24,000 nt of DNA, taken from NCBI RefSeq assembly GCF_023518355.1, contig NZ_CP067431.1; one strand, written 5' to 3'. A model generated the notes under the pieces. The model saw nothing but the letters and a program-made list of their open reading frames with translations. It ran no database searches and was not told the origin of the DNA. Shown piece by piece: positions 1 to 9,834 of the stretch. Position 1 is the first letter of the stretch, and each line of letters opens with the position of its first letter. The DNA is from Escherichia coli O22:H8. Its GTDB lineage: Bacteria; Pseudomonadota; Gammaproteobacteria; Enterobacterales; Enterobacteriaceae. The position numbers were made by a program, and so were the translations under genes.

Positions 1-523
1 TATTTCCCCACAGACTTAAACCGTTTGTCTCTCCGGGGGGAAGAAAATCTGCTGCATCGGCAGTTCTGAAGTCCACTACACCTCCCAGCCCGCCACTGCC
101 GTACAGACTGGAGTTTGGCCCGCGGACAACTTCGATACGTTTGACGAGTGCCGGATCCAGATAAGTGCCACTGCTTTTTGCCATGTCACTGAGTTGACGG
201 ACGCCGTCAACAAGAACAAGTACCCCGCTTTTGTCATAGCCGCGTAGATTAAAGGTCTGCCCATTGGTCCGTCCTGCACCAGTCTGGCTGAGACCGGCAA
301 CATTTTTCAGCATACTGGCTGATGTGACCGCATTCTGACTCCACGGCGTGTCATTCGTGACGACACTGACCATTGACGGCGTTTCAAATACCGTGTTCTG
401 ATTTCCTGTCGCGACAACGGTGATTGTATCTTTAGCCATAGAAGAATGACTTGTCGCTGCCTGTAACCCCACCGGAAGTATGATTAATGTACAAATGACA
501 GTTCTGATTACGTTCATATACAT
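1..523 (-). CDS. TonB-dependent outer-membrane heme/hemoglobin receptor, ShuA/ChuA-like, N-terminal part; runs off the window
   Basis: Manual translation of the minus strand from ATG at 523 (or 517) stays open to base 1: MYMNVIRTVICTLIILPVGLQAATSH...TITVVATGNQNTVFETPSMVSVV...SASMLKNVAGLSQTGAGRTNGQTFNLRGYDKSGVLVLVDGVRQ...SGTYLDPALVKRIEVVRGPNSSLYGSGGLGGVVDF. It has a signal peptide, a TonB-box-like segment and a plug domain typical of heme receptors. The listed 76..303 ORF is a shadow in another frame. Confidence 0.9.
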   Translation of the reverse strand, partial: MYMNVIRTVICTLIILPVGLQAATSHSSMAKDTITVVATGNQNTVFETPSMVSVVTNDTPWSQNAVTSASMLKNVAGLSQTGAGRTNGQTFNLRGYDKSGVLVLVDGVRQLSDMAKSSGTYLDPALVKRIEVVRGPNSSLYGSGGLGGVVDFRTADAADFLPPGETNGLSLWGN

Positions 524-971
524 TCGAAAATATATGCCAATACAGAAATGTTATAACATAACATTTTGTTTGTGCAACCACTATTACGCAGCGTTCAGTG
601 ATAACCAGTGAATAGAGACTCTAATACCCGGTCGCTCTGCAATGTGATGCTATGGATATTGATTTTTCTACCGATAAAGAACCAGCAATACGGAATTAGT
701 TAACGTTTATTAAAGTACAGGAGAAGCTGTAAATCTGTTCTATGACGAATGAGCGTTAACTCATACATTCATCATCGTAGTATATAGAAACCAGTTGGGC
801 ACAGATGCTCTCATGTGAAATGACGGCTTGTTTACTCAAAGATATTTAAACTGTTAGTATGTCTTAATATATCTCCGAAAAAGAATCATTTATTGTAGTA
901 GGACAATATCTGTCAATGTTTATTGACCTATAATAGATTTCTTGTACTCAGAGGAGTAACTGGATTTGCCC

Positions 972-1877
972 CTATATTTCCAGACACCTGTTATCACTTA
1001 ACCCATTACTGGCTTGCTGCCGTAGATATTCCCGTGGCGAGCGATAACCCAGTGCACTATGCGGATGCCATTCGTTATAATGCTCGAACGCCTCTGCAAG
1101 GTTCTTTGCTGCCGTTAACCCGTCTGGTTTGGGCATGACACTGATGTAGTCACGCTTTATCGTTTTCACGAAGCTCTCTGCTATGCCGTTACTCTCCGGA
1201 CTCCGCACCGCCGTGCTCTTCGGTTCAAGCCCCAACATCCGGGCAAACTGCCGTGTTTCATTAGCCCGGTAGCATGAACCATTATCCGTCAGCCACTCTA
1301 CTGGAGACGCCGGAAGCTCGTTGCCGAAGCGGCGTTCCACCGCTCCCAGCATGACGTCCTGTACTGTTTCACTGTTGAAGCCGCCCGTAGTGACCGCCCA
1401 GTGCAGTGCCTCACGGTCACAGCAGTCCAGCGCGAACGTGACTCGCAGTTTTTCTCCGTTATCACAGCGGAACTCGAACCCGTCAGAGCACCATCGCTGA
1501 TTACTTTCTTTCACAGCCACTCTGCCTGTATGTGCCCGTTTCGATGGCGGTACAGCAGGTTTTCGCTCAAGCAACAGCGCATTCTGGCGCATGATCCGGT
1601 AAACACGTTTGGCATTGATCGCAGGCATACCATCAAGTTCTGCCTGTCTGCGAAGCAGCGCCCATACCCGACGATAACCATACGTGGGCAGCTCTCCGAT
1701 AACATGGTGTATACGGAGAAGCACATCCGTATCATCAGTGTGACGACTGCGGCGGCCATCCATCCAGTCATCGGTTCGTCTGAGAATGACGTGCAACTGC
1801 GCACGCGACACCCGGAGACAACGGCTGACTAAGCTTACTCCCCATCCCCGGGCAATAAGGGCGCGTGCGCTATCCAC
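972..1877 (-). CDS. insD: IS2 transposase OrfB (InsD), 301 aa, DDE integrase core
   Basis: Recognised IS2 OrfB ([34 protein letters not shown]...); overlaps OrfA in a different frame. Confidence 0.95.
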
Positions 1878-2200
1878 TTTTTTGCCCGTCCATATTCAAC
1901 GGCTTCTTTGAGGAGTTCATTTTCCATCGTTTTCTTGCCGAGCAGGCGCTGGAGTTCTTTAATCTGCTTCATGGCGGCAGCAAGTTCAGAGGCAGGAACA
2001 ACCTGTTCTCCGGCGGCGACAGCAGTAAGACTTCCTTCCTGGTATTGCTTACGCCAGAGAAATAACTGGCTGGCTGCTACACCATGTTGCCGGGCAACGA
2101 GGGAGACCGTCATCCCTGGTTCAAAGCTCTGCTGAACAATTGCGATCTTTTCCTGTGTGGTACGCCGTCTGCGTTTCTCCGGTCCTAAGACATCAATCAT
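1835..2200 (-). CDS. insC: IS2 transposase OrfA (InsC), 121 aa starting [18 protein letters not shown]
   Basis: Recognised IS2 OrfA sequence with a helix-turn-helix region; the start is internal to the listed 136-aa ORF. Confidence 0.95.
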
Positions 2201-3320
2201 CTGCTCTCCAATGACTAGTCTAAAAACTAGTATTAAGACTATCACTTAAATAAGTGATATTGGTTGTCTGGAGATTCAGGGGGCCAGTCTAGTAACATTC
2301 TTACGGTTATTAAGGCATAATGCCATGCTTTTCAGACAAGTCAGTCAGCAGTGCTAAAATGGCCAAAGAATAAGCACTTCTGTTTTTTCGTATAGTTTAG
2401 TTACAAAATTATATGAGTTTTAATGTAAAATCATTGCCCTGTGATATTTTACTAAAATATCAACCACTGTTATTTTCGAGTTTACATTCCACAAAAAATA
2501 TGTAATGTTTATGTCATAAAGAATATGATTGATATAAATCCAGTAAAGACTTAAACGAGGTATAGACTTTAGCAGTTCAACAGTTTCTGTTCAATGGTCT
2601 ATCTCCTTCACAATTAAGTTTTCTGTACACAAAAACAAAGAAGAAGTAACCTTATTTACCCAGAAATAATGGGCGTATGACTAGATGAGCAGACCTTTAG
2701 TCAAAGGTGACTTACGTGATAAAAACTGTATCGATCTGGTAAATAATCGAAAACAGTATTCGTCTAAATATCGCAGCGACTGGTTTACGAGGTGTCAAAG
2801 CACACGTTTGGATTGTGGTATCCTTGCTTGTCCGTAAGGCTTTTACCGGGTCACAGTTCACCATGCCGGACTGATGATCTACATGCTTAGAGTTACATAC
2901 CAAAGTAAAACCATAGATGGATGCAACCCTGCATTGTGAGGAGGTTAAATTTCAGACCTGTCAGTTACCGCGTAAATGGTTTGATATATGACTAATTTAT
3001 TTGCGCAGGATTTTTACGACAACGCTCTGAACCAGAAGTTGACGGGATATATAGTTGAACTAATTACAGATAAAGCTTTTTTGTATCTCTGGCGGTGGTC
3101 ATTGATCAGTAATCGTTATTGGTTGTTCTATATTATTTTGTATGACGGCACAACGTCTTTAACAACTGGCGCTGTCACAACATAAGCCCCCAGAAATATT
3201 ATGTAAGTAACAACAGTCTATATAGGAGCGTAAATTACTTACTATCAAATACTTACTCCAATAGCATTTCTGTCGATTCTATTCCAATTCTTTAATAGAA
3301 AGAATGAGGTTGGATAATAT

Positions 3321-3593
3321 ATGAGTCCCTCTCCCTATCCAAGAAATAACTTTAATACAGAGCTAAGTCAATTATGTATGAATGGAGAACACTTTTCACT
3401 TTTAATTGAAATATCACCAATCAGAAGTAAAAAAACCATCATGGCTCTAAAGGAGTATTTGGTTGATGGGTATTCAAAGCAAGAAAGTTGTGAAAGGAAC
3501 AATGTTTCCATTAGTTATTTTTGCCTGTGCCTAAAAAAATTAAACTATACACACAGTATTGTTAGTGCGCTTAAATATTTCTACCGTGAGTAA
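3321..3593 (+). CDS. PapB/FaeB-family adhesin operon regulatory protein, no fimbrial operon visible nearby
   Basis: Core LLIEISPIRSKKTIMALKEYLVDGYSKQESCERNNVSISYFCLCLKKLNYTHSIVSALKYFY aligns with PapB LLIGISSIHSDRVILAMKDYLVGGHSRKEVCEKYQMNNGYFSTTLGRLIRLNALVARLAPYY. Confidence 0.8.
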   Translation: MSPSPYPRNNFNTELSQLCMNGEHFSLLIEISPIRSKKTIMALKEYLVDGYSKQESCERNNVSISYFCLCLKKLNYTHSIVSALKYFYRE

Positions 3594-4159
3594 ACTGTAA
3601 CTGTAGTCTTGATTCTTTTAAACACTGCTAAGCCGTTATGGCTTAGCTGATAATTTATATTGCACAATGTCAGATACTGTAAGATGATATACCCTCTTTT
3701 GAAGGAAACTCTGTCATTCATCATGCTGATTTTGTTTAATGATGGGTTTTGTTATTAATATAAAACAGATGCTCATGCATTAAAAACAAAAAATAAGATG
3801 TTTTTTTATTCCCTATAAGTTTAGTCCTTGATTTATGGATAGTATCTTCTAGCTCATTCACTTTCTGATTATTTTAATTCACAGTCTTGTTTTGTTATTC
3901 TGCCTATTGGGGATAAAAGTTGTATCGATTGATGCAGCGTGTGCTGCACATGTAGCATTCTCCGGAATAAGAACCATCACCTTCCAAAACAAGTGATCTA
4001 TGATTGAATCTCTGTGGGTGATAAAAACTTGCTGCAAAACAGCAATATCGATCTGCAGAGTTGCTCCTCAGATTATCCATTCTAATATTATCTCGCACCA
4101 GATGAATTATGCGAACAACCAGAAATATGACATGTATGCAGTTCATCAGGACTCTGGGA

Positions 4160-4590
4160 GCCTGGATGTCATGATTGTGGTAATTGTTGATGAGCTGGCA
4201 CCTGAATTAATTAAACGTAATGCTATTGGATACAAAAGCGCTTCGCAGTTGCTGACTGCCTGAGACAATCCCCAACGGTTAAGAACCGAATAAGGTTTTG
4301 CAGTTCTGTGTGGTGTCAGCCCGGTTCCCGTATCTTCTGGAAAAACGATACCATTACTGACTTAATCGGGGAGGTGCATGCTGCAAATAGTACACTTCAC
4401 ATCATCGATATCGGTCATTTACGAACTGACGATAAAATGAAGGAATATGTCGCCAGGTGAGTAGCCGAAGGACATACAAAAATAGAATTAATACGCCGTC
4501 TTAAGCATTATATTTCACGTGAGGCTTATACATTACAACGAAATAAAAACAGGCAAGTTAACAGCATTCTGGTAACCTCTTGACTCTCAG
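4160..4590 (+). pseudogene. Degenerate C-terminal remnant of an IS110-family transposase
   Basis: Translation across stops and frame changes: ELAPELIKRNAIGYKSASQLLTA*GDNPQRLRTE*GFAVLCGVSPVPVSSGKT ... HAANSTLHIIDIGHLRTDDKMKEYVAR**VAEGHTKIELIRRLKHYISREAY. These match conserved IS110-family blocks (GDNP.RLRSEAAFAALCG.SPVPASSGKT; YVERR.AEG.TKKEIIRCLKRYIARE). Confidence 0.8.
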
Positions 4591-4599
4591 AAGGACGTC

Positions 4600-5027
<428 letters not shown>

Positions 5028-5164
5028 TGATTAGCCAAGTCAAGTTCAGGCTCTTGCCATCACTATTTTTCCATACCGCATTACTATCTAACACCATGGA
5101 TAATGAGCATTCTCAGACTTTAATTGCCATTTTCGTCACAGAATACAGTCGCCCGAGCGGCCTT

Positions 5165-6334
5165 CTAACTTGAGGGTTTTGAGCCCTGAAGAGGCATATC
5201 CCATCGTTTTACAGATATTGCAGAAATTGGTACGCAATATGCTGCTTCTTCTTGGAGTTTCTTCCTGGTATTTGTATCGAAGTCTACATTAAGCAGCTCG
5301 AACTTCCAGCTTTCCCGATAAAACCTTATAATATCCTTGGGACAAAGGAGAATAAACTGGTTTGTCGTAAACATAGAAACAGCCTGCACAGAGTAATATT
5401 CCCCCGGTTTTATATTTTTTTTGTCCCATACTGCATTGGAAAAAAACTCCTCCGGATATTCACTTGTTTTAATAATGTAGCTATGTATTTTGAAGTCACT
5501 TATACCTGAGATCTTAATAACTGAATGGGTAAACATTACTGGTAATACGGTTATTTGAGTCGATATAACTAATAATATCATCAAGGATGCGACAAATGAA
5601 GAACTAATTCTTTTAGAAAGTTTATACTGTGGATCTATTTTTAGATAAATTAGGCCGGGAAGTATTGTTAGAATAAAAATAAAATATGACATGAAAGCCA
5701 GTTCAGCTATCACTTTGAAATTAACACTCTTATCTGAATTTTCAATATTCCTAAAAACCATCTCCAGTGGAATTACCTGAAGATGCACCAGTAAAGCAAT
5801 AGACAACGGAATGACAAGATAGATCTGAACACGTCTCAAGAGTTTCATTCTATTATTTTTAAACGATAAGTCATATTCAAGATGCCTCTTGTTTATTATG
5901 GCTGAAATAACAACTATTAGTGCTCCTATACTTAAAATAGATAACCAGCCAGAGTTATCTTTAACACTCTGGTCAAAATCAAATGCACAGTATAACACGT
6001 ATATAAAGGCCATGGGGAAGAGGCCAGATAACATCATTACAGATAAAAAATTACCCTGAATCTTATTGTAAGCAGGAAGGTTATTTATATCATAAGGAAT
6101 AACTATTGGTATAAAAAAAGAGGTTGTGAAAAAAACAAAAACTATCATAATTAATGATAGAATAGTTGCACAACAAACCAATACCAAGATGCTTTTAATA
6201 TTCATCACATCAAAGAAAATATCCAGTCGATCCAGACGACTGAAATATCCCCAGAGAACTATCAACGCAATCCCTGATATAATACTTGATGGTGTTAATA
6301 CTGAAATTATTAGCGTCTTCCACTTCTGATTCAT
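5165..6334 (-). CDS. Uncharacterised multi-pass inner-membrane protein, 389 aa
   Basis: Long AT-rich ORF with several hydrophobic segments (e.g. ILVLVCCATILSLIMIVFVFFTTSFFIPIVI, LSILSIGALIVVISAI, LAFMSYFIFILTILPGLIYL, SSSFVASLMILLVISTQITVLPVMF) and a C-terminal soluble region. Confidence 0.8.
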   Translation of the reverse strand: MNQKWKTLIISVLTPSSIISGIALIVLWGYFSRLDRLDIFFDVMNIKSILVLVCCATILSLIMIVFVFFTTSFFIPIVIPYDINNLPAYNKIQGNFLSVMMLSGLFPMAFIYVLYCAFDFDQSVKDNSGWLSILSIGALIVVISAIINKRHLEYDLSFKNNRMKLLRRVQIYLVIPLSIALLVHLQVIPLEMVFRNIENSDKSVNFKVIAELAFMSYFIFILTILPGLIYLKIDPQYKLSKRISSSFVASLMILLVISTQITVLPVMFTHSVIKISGISDFKIHSYIIKTSEYPEEFFSNAVWDKKNIKPGEYYSVQAVSMFTTNQFILLCPKDIIRFYRESWKFELLNVDFDTNTRKKLQEEAAYCVPISAISVKRWDMPLQGSKPSS

Positions 6335-6992
6335 TTTAATCTCCTGGTTTTGCTATAAAGAGAACATAAAAAAGACTGAATAAGTGATTACACTTCATTC
6401 TTTGAATCCTCGCAGTAACCTTTCAGGAAGGTTGTCGCATATTTTTGATAAATTATGTCATAAGCATATTATTGTAAATAACGATTTCACTAAATTTATT
6501 TGATCACCGTCATAATATTTTTAGTCTGAATATAGAAGATGATTGTGTCATATGCAGTATGATATAAAAATTTAAAAGTGAATGAATAGATAACAGTTCA
6601 TGCTTGAACAAGACCATAACGTGAAAAAATATGCTTATTATGCATCAGTCTTATGTTGTAAGCCGCCTTAAGACTGAGAAGTAGCTAAGAATATGGTGTC
6701 TGACACCTTCAGTTGTCGTATAAGGTTATCTGCAGGATTTTTCTCCGTATCAGTCTGTTCCTGGCATTACCCCAAAAACGATAAAACAGCCCTCCACCCG
6801 CTTCATTACTGGCTTCATGAAGGATCTGAGCAAAAAAAGAATCCTTTTCCAATTTGGTTTTACCCGCGATAATGTGGGATAAGCAAATAAAAGGATCTGC
6901 GCGCTGCGATTTATTGTCGTGGAAGGATCCGGGCGTTCAGGTCAGAATACCTGTATCCATAAACAGTGCGTGTGCTACGTGAAAAATAACTC

Positions 6993-7733
6993 ATGAACAA
7001 TGTCATTCCCCTGCAGAATTCACCAGAACGCGTTTCCCTGTTACCCATTGCGCCGGGGGTGGATTTTGCAACAGCGCTCTCCCTGAGAAGAATGGCCACT
7101 TCCACGGGGGCCACACCGGCCTACCTGCTGGCCCCGGAAGTGAGTGCCCTTCTCTTCTATATGCCGGATCAGCGTCACCATATGCTGTTCGCCACCCTCT
7201 GGAATACCGGAATGCGTATTGGCGAAGCCCGGATGCTGACGCCGGAGTCATTTGATCTGGATGGTGTAAGACCGTTTGTGCGGATCCTGTCCGAAAAAGT
7301 GCGTGCGCGACGCGGGCGCCCTCCAAAAGATGAAGTCCGCCTGGTCCCGCTGACGGATATAAGCTATGTCAGGCAGATGGAGAGCTGGATGATCACCACC
7401 CGGCCCCGGCGCCGTGCACCGTTATGGGCTGTGACGGATGAAACGATGCGGAACTGGCTGAAACAGGCAGTGAAGCGGGCCGAAGCTGACGGGGTGCACT
7501 TTTCGATTCCGGTCACACCACACACCTTCCGGCACAGCTATATCATGCACATGCTCTATCACCGCCAGCCCCGGAAAGTCATCCAGGCACTGGCTGGTCA
7601 CAGGGATCCACGTTCGATGGAGGTTTATACCAGAGTGTTTGCACTGGATATGGCTGCCACGCTGGCAGTGCCTTTCACAGGTGACGGGCGGGATGCTGCA
7701 GAGATCCTGCGTACGCTGCCTCCCCTGAAGTGA
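6993..7733 (+). CDS. int: RepFIB-associated ResD-like tyrosine recombinase, 246 aa
   Basis: Conserved catalytic motifs [26 protein letters not shown] and MEVYTRVF all present; clear paralogue of ResD at 18241. Confidence 0.92.
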   Translation: MNNVIPLQNSPERVSLLPIAPGVDFATALSLRRMATSTGATPAYLLAPEVSALLFYMPDQRHHMLFATLWNTGMRIGEARMLTPESFDLDGVRPFVRILSEKVRARRGRPPKDEVRLVPLTDISYVRQMESWMITTRPRRRAPLWAVTDETMRNWLKQAVKRAEADGVHFSIPVTPHTFRHSYIMHMLYHRQPRKVIQALAGHRDPRSMEVYTRVFALDMAATLAVPFTGDGRDAAEILRTLPPLK

Positions 7734-7751
7734 CGGCATACACGCTTCCTT

Positions 7752-8014
7752 ATATAAGCAGTGGTAAGCAGAACAGACATAACATAAGCTGGAGCAGGTA
7801 GATAAGCTGTAGTGAGTAAGCCATGTTTTATGAAGGGAGCAATGCCTCAGCATCAGGTTACGGGCTGACTCACGTAAGCGACAGGCAGATGGCAGCTCAG
7901 CCACAGGCAGCACTGCAGGAAACTGAATATAAACTGCAGTGAGCAGACCACTCACTGCACCTGATAATATAAGCTGTAGTCAGTAAAGGAGCACTCTTCA
8001 CTGACTACAGCTTA
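7752..8014. repeat. RepFIB iterons downstream of repB (five direct-orientation repeats plus one inverted copy)
   Basis: Repeated TATAAGCAGTGGTAAGCAG, CATAAGCTGGAGCAGG, ATAAGCTGTAGTGAGTAAG, TATAAACTGCAGTGAGCAG, TATAAGCTGTAGTCAGTAA, and inverted ACTGACTACAGCTTATG. Confidence 0.85.
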
Positions 8015-8017
8015 TGT

Positions 8018-8995
8018 TCAGCGGGATTTGAAGAGTTTTTCCAGGTCATCCAGCGTGATGCCCAGTTTTTCAAGCAGGGCAAGTTTCTCCGTCATCTCCG
8101 GACTGACTTTTTCCGCAGGTGAAGGTGGCAACGGATTTTCCTTACTCTCATCATTCGGTGCTTTTAACCGGGGACGCCGGTAGTGAATGCAGAAGAGTTT
8201 TGTCCGCCCCCGCTGGATCTCCGTGTAATCAAGATATCCAATCTCGCGCAGCTGCTCCATTGCCCGTCTGACCGTCTGGTTCTGGGAAAATACAGGAGAC
8301 TTCAGATTGAGGCGTGCACGCAGCCGCGCCAGCGATATCGGTGCCGGATCCCGGGGCAGGCTCTCTATAAAGGTGTAGAGTGCCTGGGCGGACTCCCGTC
8401 GCTTCAGGGCATTAATCGCCTTAAGCTGAAGAAGGACCTTTCTGTCAAACTGGTACAGTTCAAAAAGGCGGGGATCAGCCTGTAACTGAACAATATCCCG
8501 TTCAGTATCGTAGTAGGCTGACTGTACCAGATGGGTGATGTATTCCCGGGTGTGCTTCTCATCGGTGCGGGAAAAGGAGATCACGGTACCGGCAATGCGT
8601 TTCAGGGAAGGGCTGATGCGCTCACGCAGCCTGCGTGATGACTGGCTTGAGGGTATACCACACAGTTTTGCAAACTCGACAAAAGGCAGTTCAACTTTGT
8701 CACCAATCACGTTATGGCGGGCAAAGGAATGAATGATCCCCACCCAGGTCTTGAAATCGTTATCCATATCCAGCCGGGGGCCGGTGATCTCAACCTTATC
8801 GAATCCTTCTGCACGGGCCAGAGAAAGACGCGTCAGTTCTTCCGTGGCATCGGTGCGTGACAGTGTATTTTTTTTACTGTTCTTCAGTGACTTAAGGGTC
8901 GGTACAAAGACGCCCAGACGCATCAGCGCCACAGGTTGTACGGTATTGTTATTGTTTGGTGTCAGTGTCACCAGCTCACCGGACGACTTATCCAC
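8018..8995 (-). CDS. repB: RepFIB replication initiator protein, 325 aa as listed from a GTG; possibly begins 14 codons upstream at CTG 9037
   Basis: Recognised RepFIB initiator sequence [84 protein letters not shown]..., flanked by iterons. Confidence 0.96.
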   Translation of the reverse strand: MDKSSGELVTLTPNNNNTVQPVALMRLGVFVPTLKSLKNSKKNTLSRTDATEELTRLSLARAEGFDKVEITGPRLDMDNDFKTWVGIIHSFARHNVIGDKVELPFVEFAKLCGIPSSQSSRRLRERISPSLKRIAGTVISFSRTDEKHTREYITHLVQSAYYDTERDIVQLQADPRLFELYQFDRKVLLQLKAINALKRRESAQALYTFIESLPRDPAPISLARLRARLNLKSPVFSQNQTVRRAMEQLREIGYLDYTEIQRGRTKLFCIHYRRPRLKAPNDESKENPLPPSPAEKVSPEMTEKLALLEKLGITLDDLEKLFKSR

Positions 8996-9149
8996 CTCGC
9001 CGAACAGTTTTTTGATGTCTGAATTTTCGTTTTCCAGAAAGCCTCCTGCCTGTGGACAGTAAAAGAATAAACAGAAAATCGTGTGTCAGAACCCCGTCAA
9101 CTGACTGAAGAAAAACCTGCAGTCTGTATTTAACAACTGAGTCTGGCGT

Positions 9150-9254
9150 ACTGACCATAGTTTATGTCATTAACTTACTTCAGTATATGCATTACTGAAT
9201 ACAGCTTATCATGAACCTGTTACAGTTTATCCATAACATGCCACAGCTTATGTG
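9150..9254. repeat. RepFIB iterons upstream of repB
   Basis: Series CTGACCATAGTTTATGTC, CTGAATACAGCTTATCAT, CCTGTTACAGTTTATCC, ATGCCACAGCTTATGTG, sharing the (C/A)A(C/T)AG(C/T)TTAT core of the downstream set in opposite orientation. Confidence 0.8.
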
Positions 9255-9299
9255 AACGTGGTCCCGGCCCATGAGTGACAAGGTTTGTAGCGATATGGG

Positions 9300-9349
9300 G
9301 ATCTTTAATGGATCCTTTATTGATCATTCATGGATCTATTTACTGGATC
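9300..9349. promoter_or_regulatory. Phased array of five GATC (Dam) sites in the putative RepFIB origin
   Basis: GATC at 9300, 9311, 9322, 9333 and 9346, within GATCTTTAATGGATCCTTTATTGATCATTCATGGATCTATTTACTGGATC. Confidence 0.7.
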
Positions 9350-9452
9350 GGGCCTCTGGATATGTGGATAAATCATTCCGGAAAAACAGCATACACTACC
9401 GATTATGAAGGCTTCAGGGCGTACCTGCTCACTGTGATTACAGATCCATTGC

Positions 9453-9502
9453 GCTTCCTCGCCGGTTCGCGGGCTTCGCCCGGTCACCGGTCTGCGGCGA
9501 GC
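9453..9502 (+). repeat. 50-bp dispersed hairpin-forming element, copy A
   Basis: GCTTCCTCGCCGGTTCGCGGGCTTCGCCCGGTCACCGGTCTGCGGCGAGC; same length and conserved ends as 19406-19455 (-) and 22202-22251 (+). Confidence 0.85.
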
Positions 9503-9834
9503 ACCGTTTTTTCTGAAGTCTGTCTTTACAGGTAATTTTTGACGGAATCTGCCGTACTTCCTGAGCGTACAGTCATATCCGAAATACACTTCATATGTTT
9601 GTTTCAACGCCAGAGGCGCATACAGACTGGCTCCATGAATATCCTGATGACAGGCACTGCTGCGCAGACACCGGTCATGGATGTAACGGAAATACCAGCT
9701 GAACCGCAGGTCTTCCAGTCGGGGACACTGAGTACAGGGCTGGAGCTTGTGGATACGTATCTCTGGATCTTCAAACACTTTATGGAAGGAAAGGTGTTAA
9801 CCAGATCCCTTGCCTGCCTGGTTTATATCAAGCC

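Larger units (their letters stand above)
961..2291 (-). mobile_element. IS2: IS2, complete, 1331 bp, flanked by the 5-bp direct repeat GTAAC (956-960 and 2292-2296)
   Basis: Terminal sequences TGGATTTGCCCCTATATTTCCAGACA and TAGACTGGCCCCCTGAATCTCCAGACA (reverse complement of the right edge), exact IS2 length, and IS2 OrfA/OrfB proteins. Confidence 0.97.

Noticed and set aside
76-303. 75-aa minus-strand ORF in the track
   Set aside because: Out-of-frame shadow of the TonB-dependent receptor, whose true frame runs across 1-523.
923-1832. Plus- and minus-strand ORFs inside IS2 (923..1138, 1401..1832, 1511..1804)
   Set aside because: Antisense or off-frame shadows of InsD.
2712-3185. Small ORFs 2712..2903 (-) and 2988..3185 (+)
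   Set aside because: AT-rich region, no clear ribosome-binding sites or domain similarity; probably non-coding or decayed DNA.
7003-7955. ORFs antisense to the RepFIB recombinase and across the iterons (7003..7326, 7422..7955)
   Set aside because: Overlap a well-supported gene and iteron repeats; translations look random.
8183-9062. Plus-strand ORFs within repB (8183..8485, 8535..8732, 8733..9062)
   Set aside because: Antisense shadows of the RepFIB initiator.
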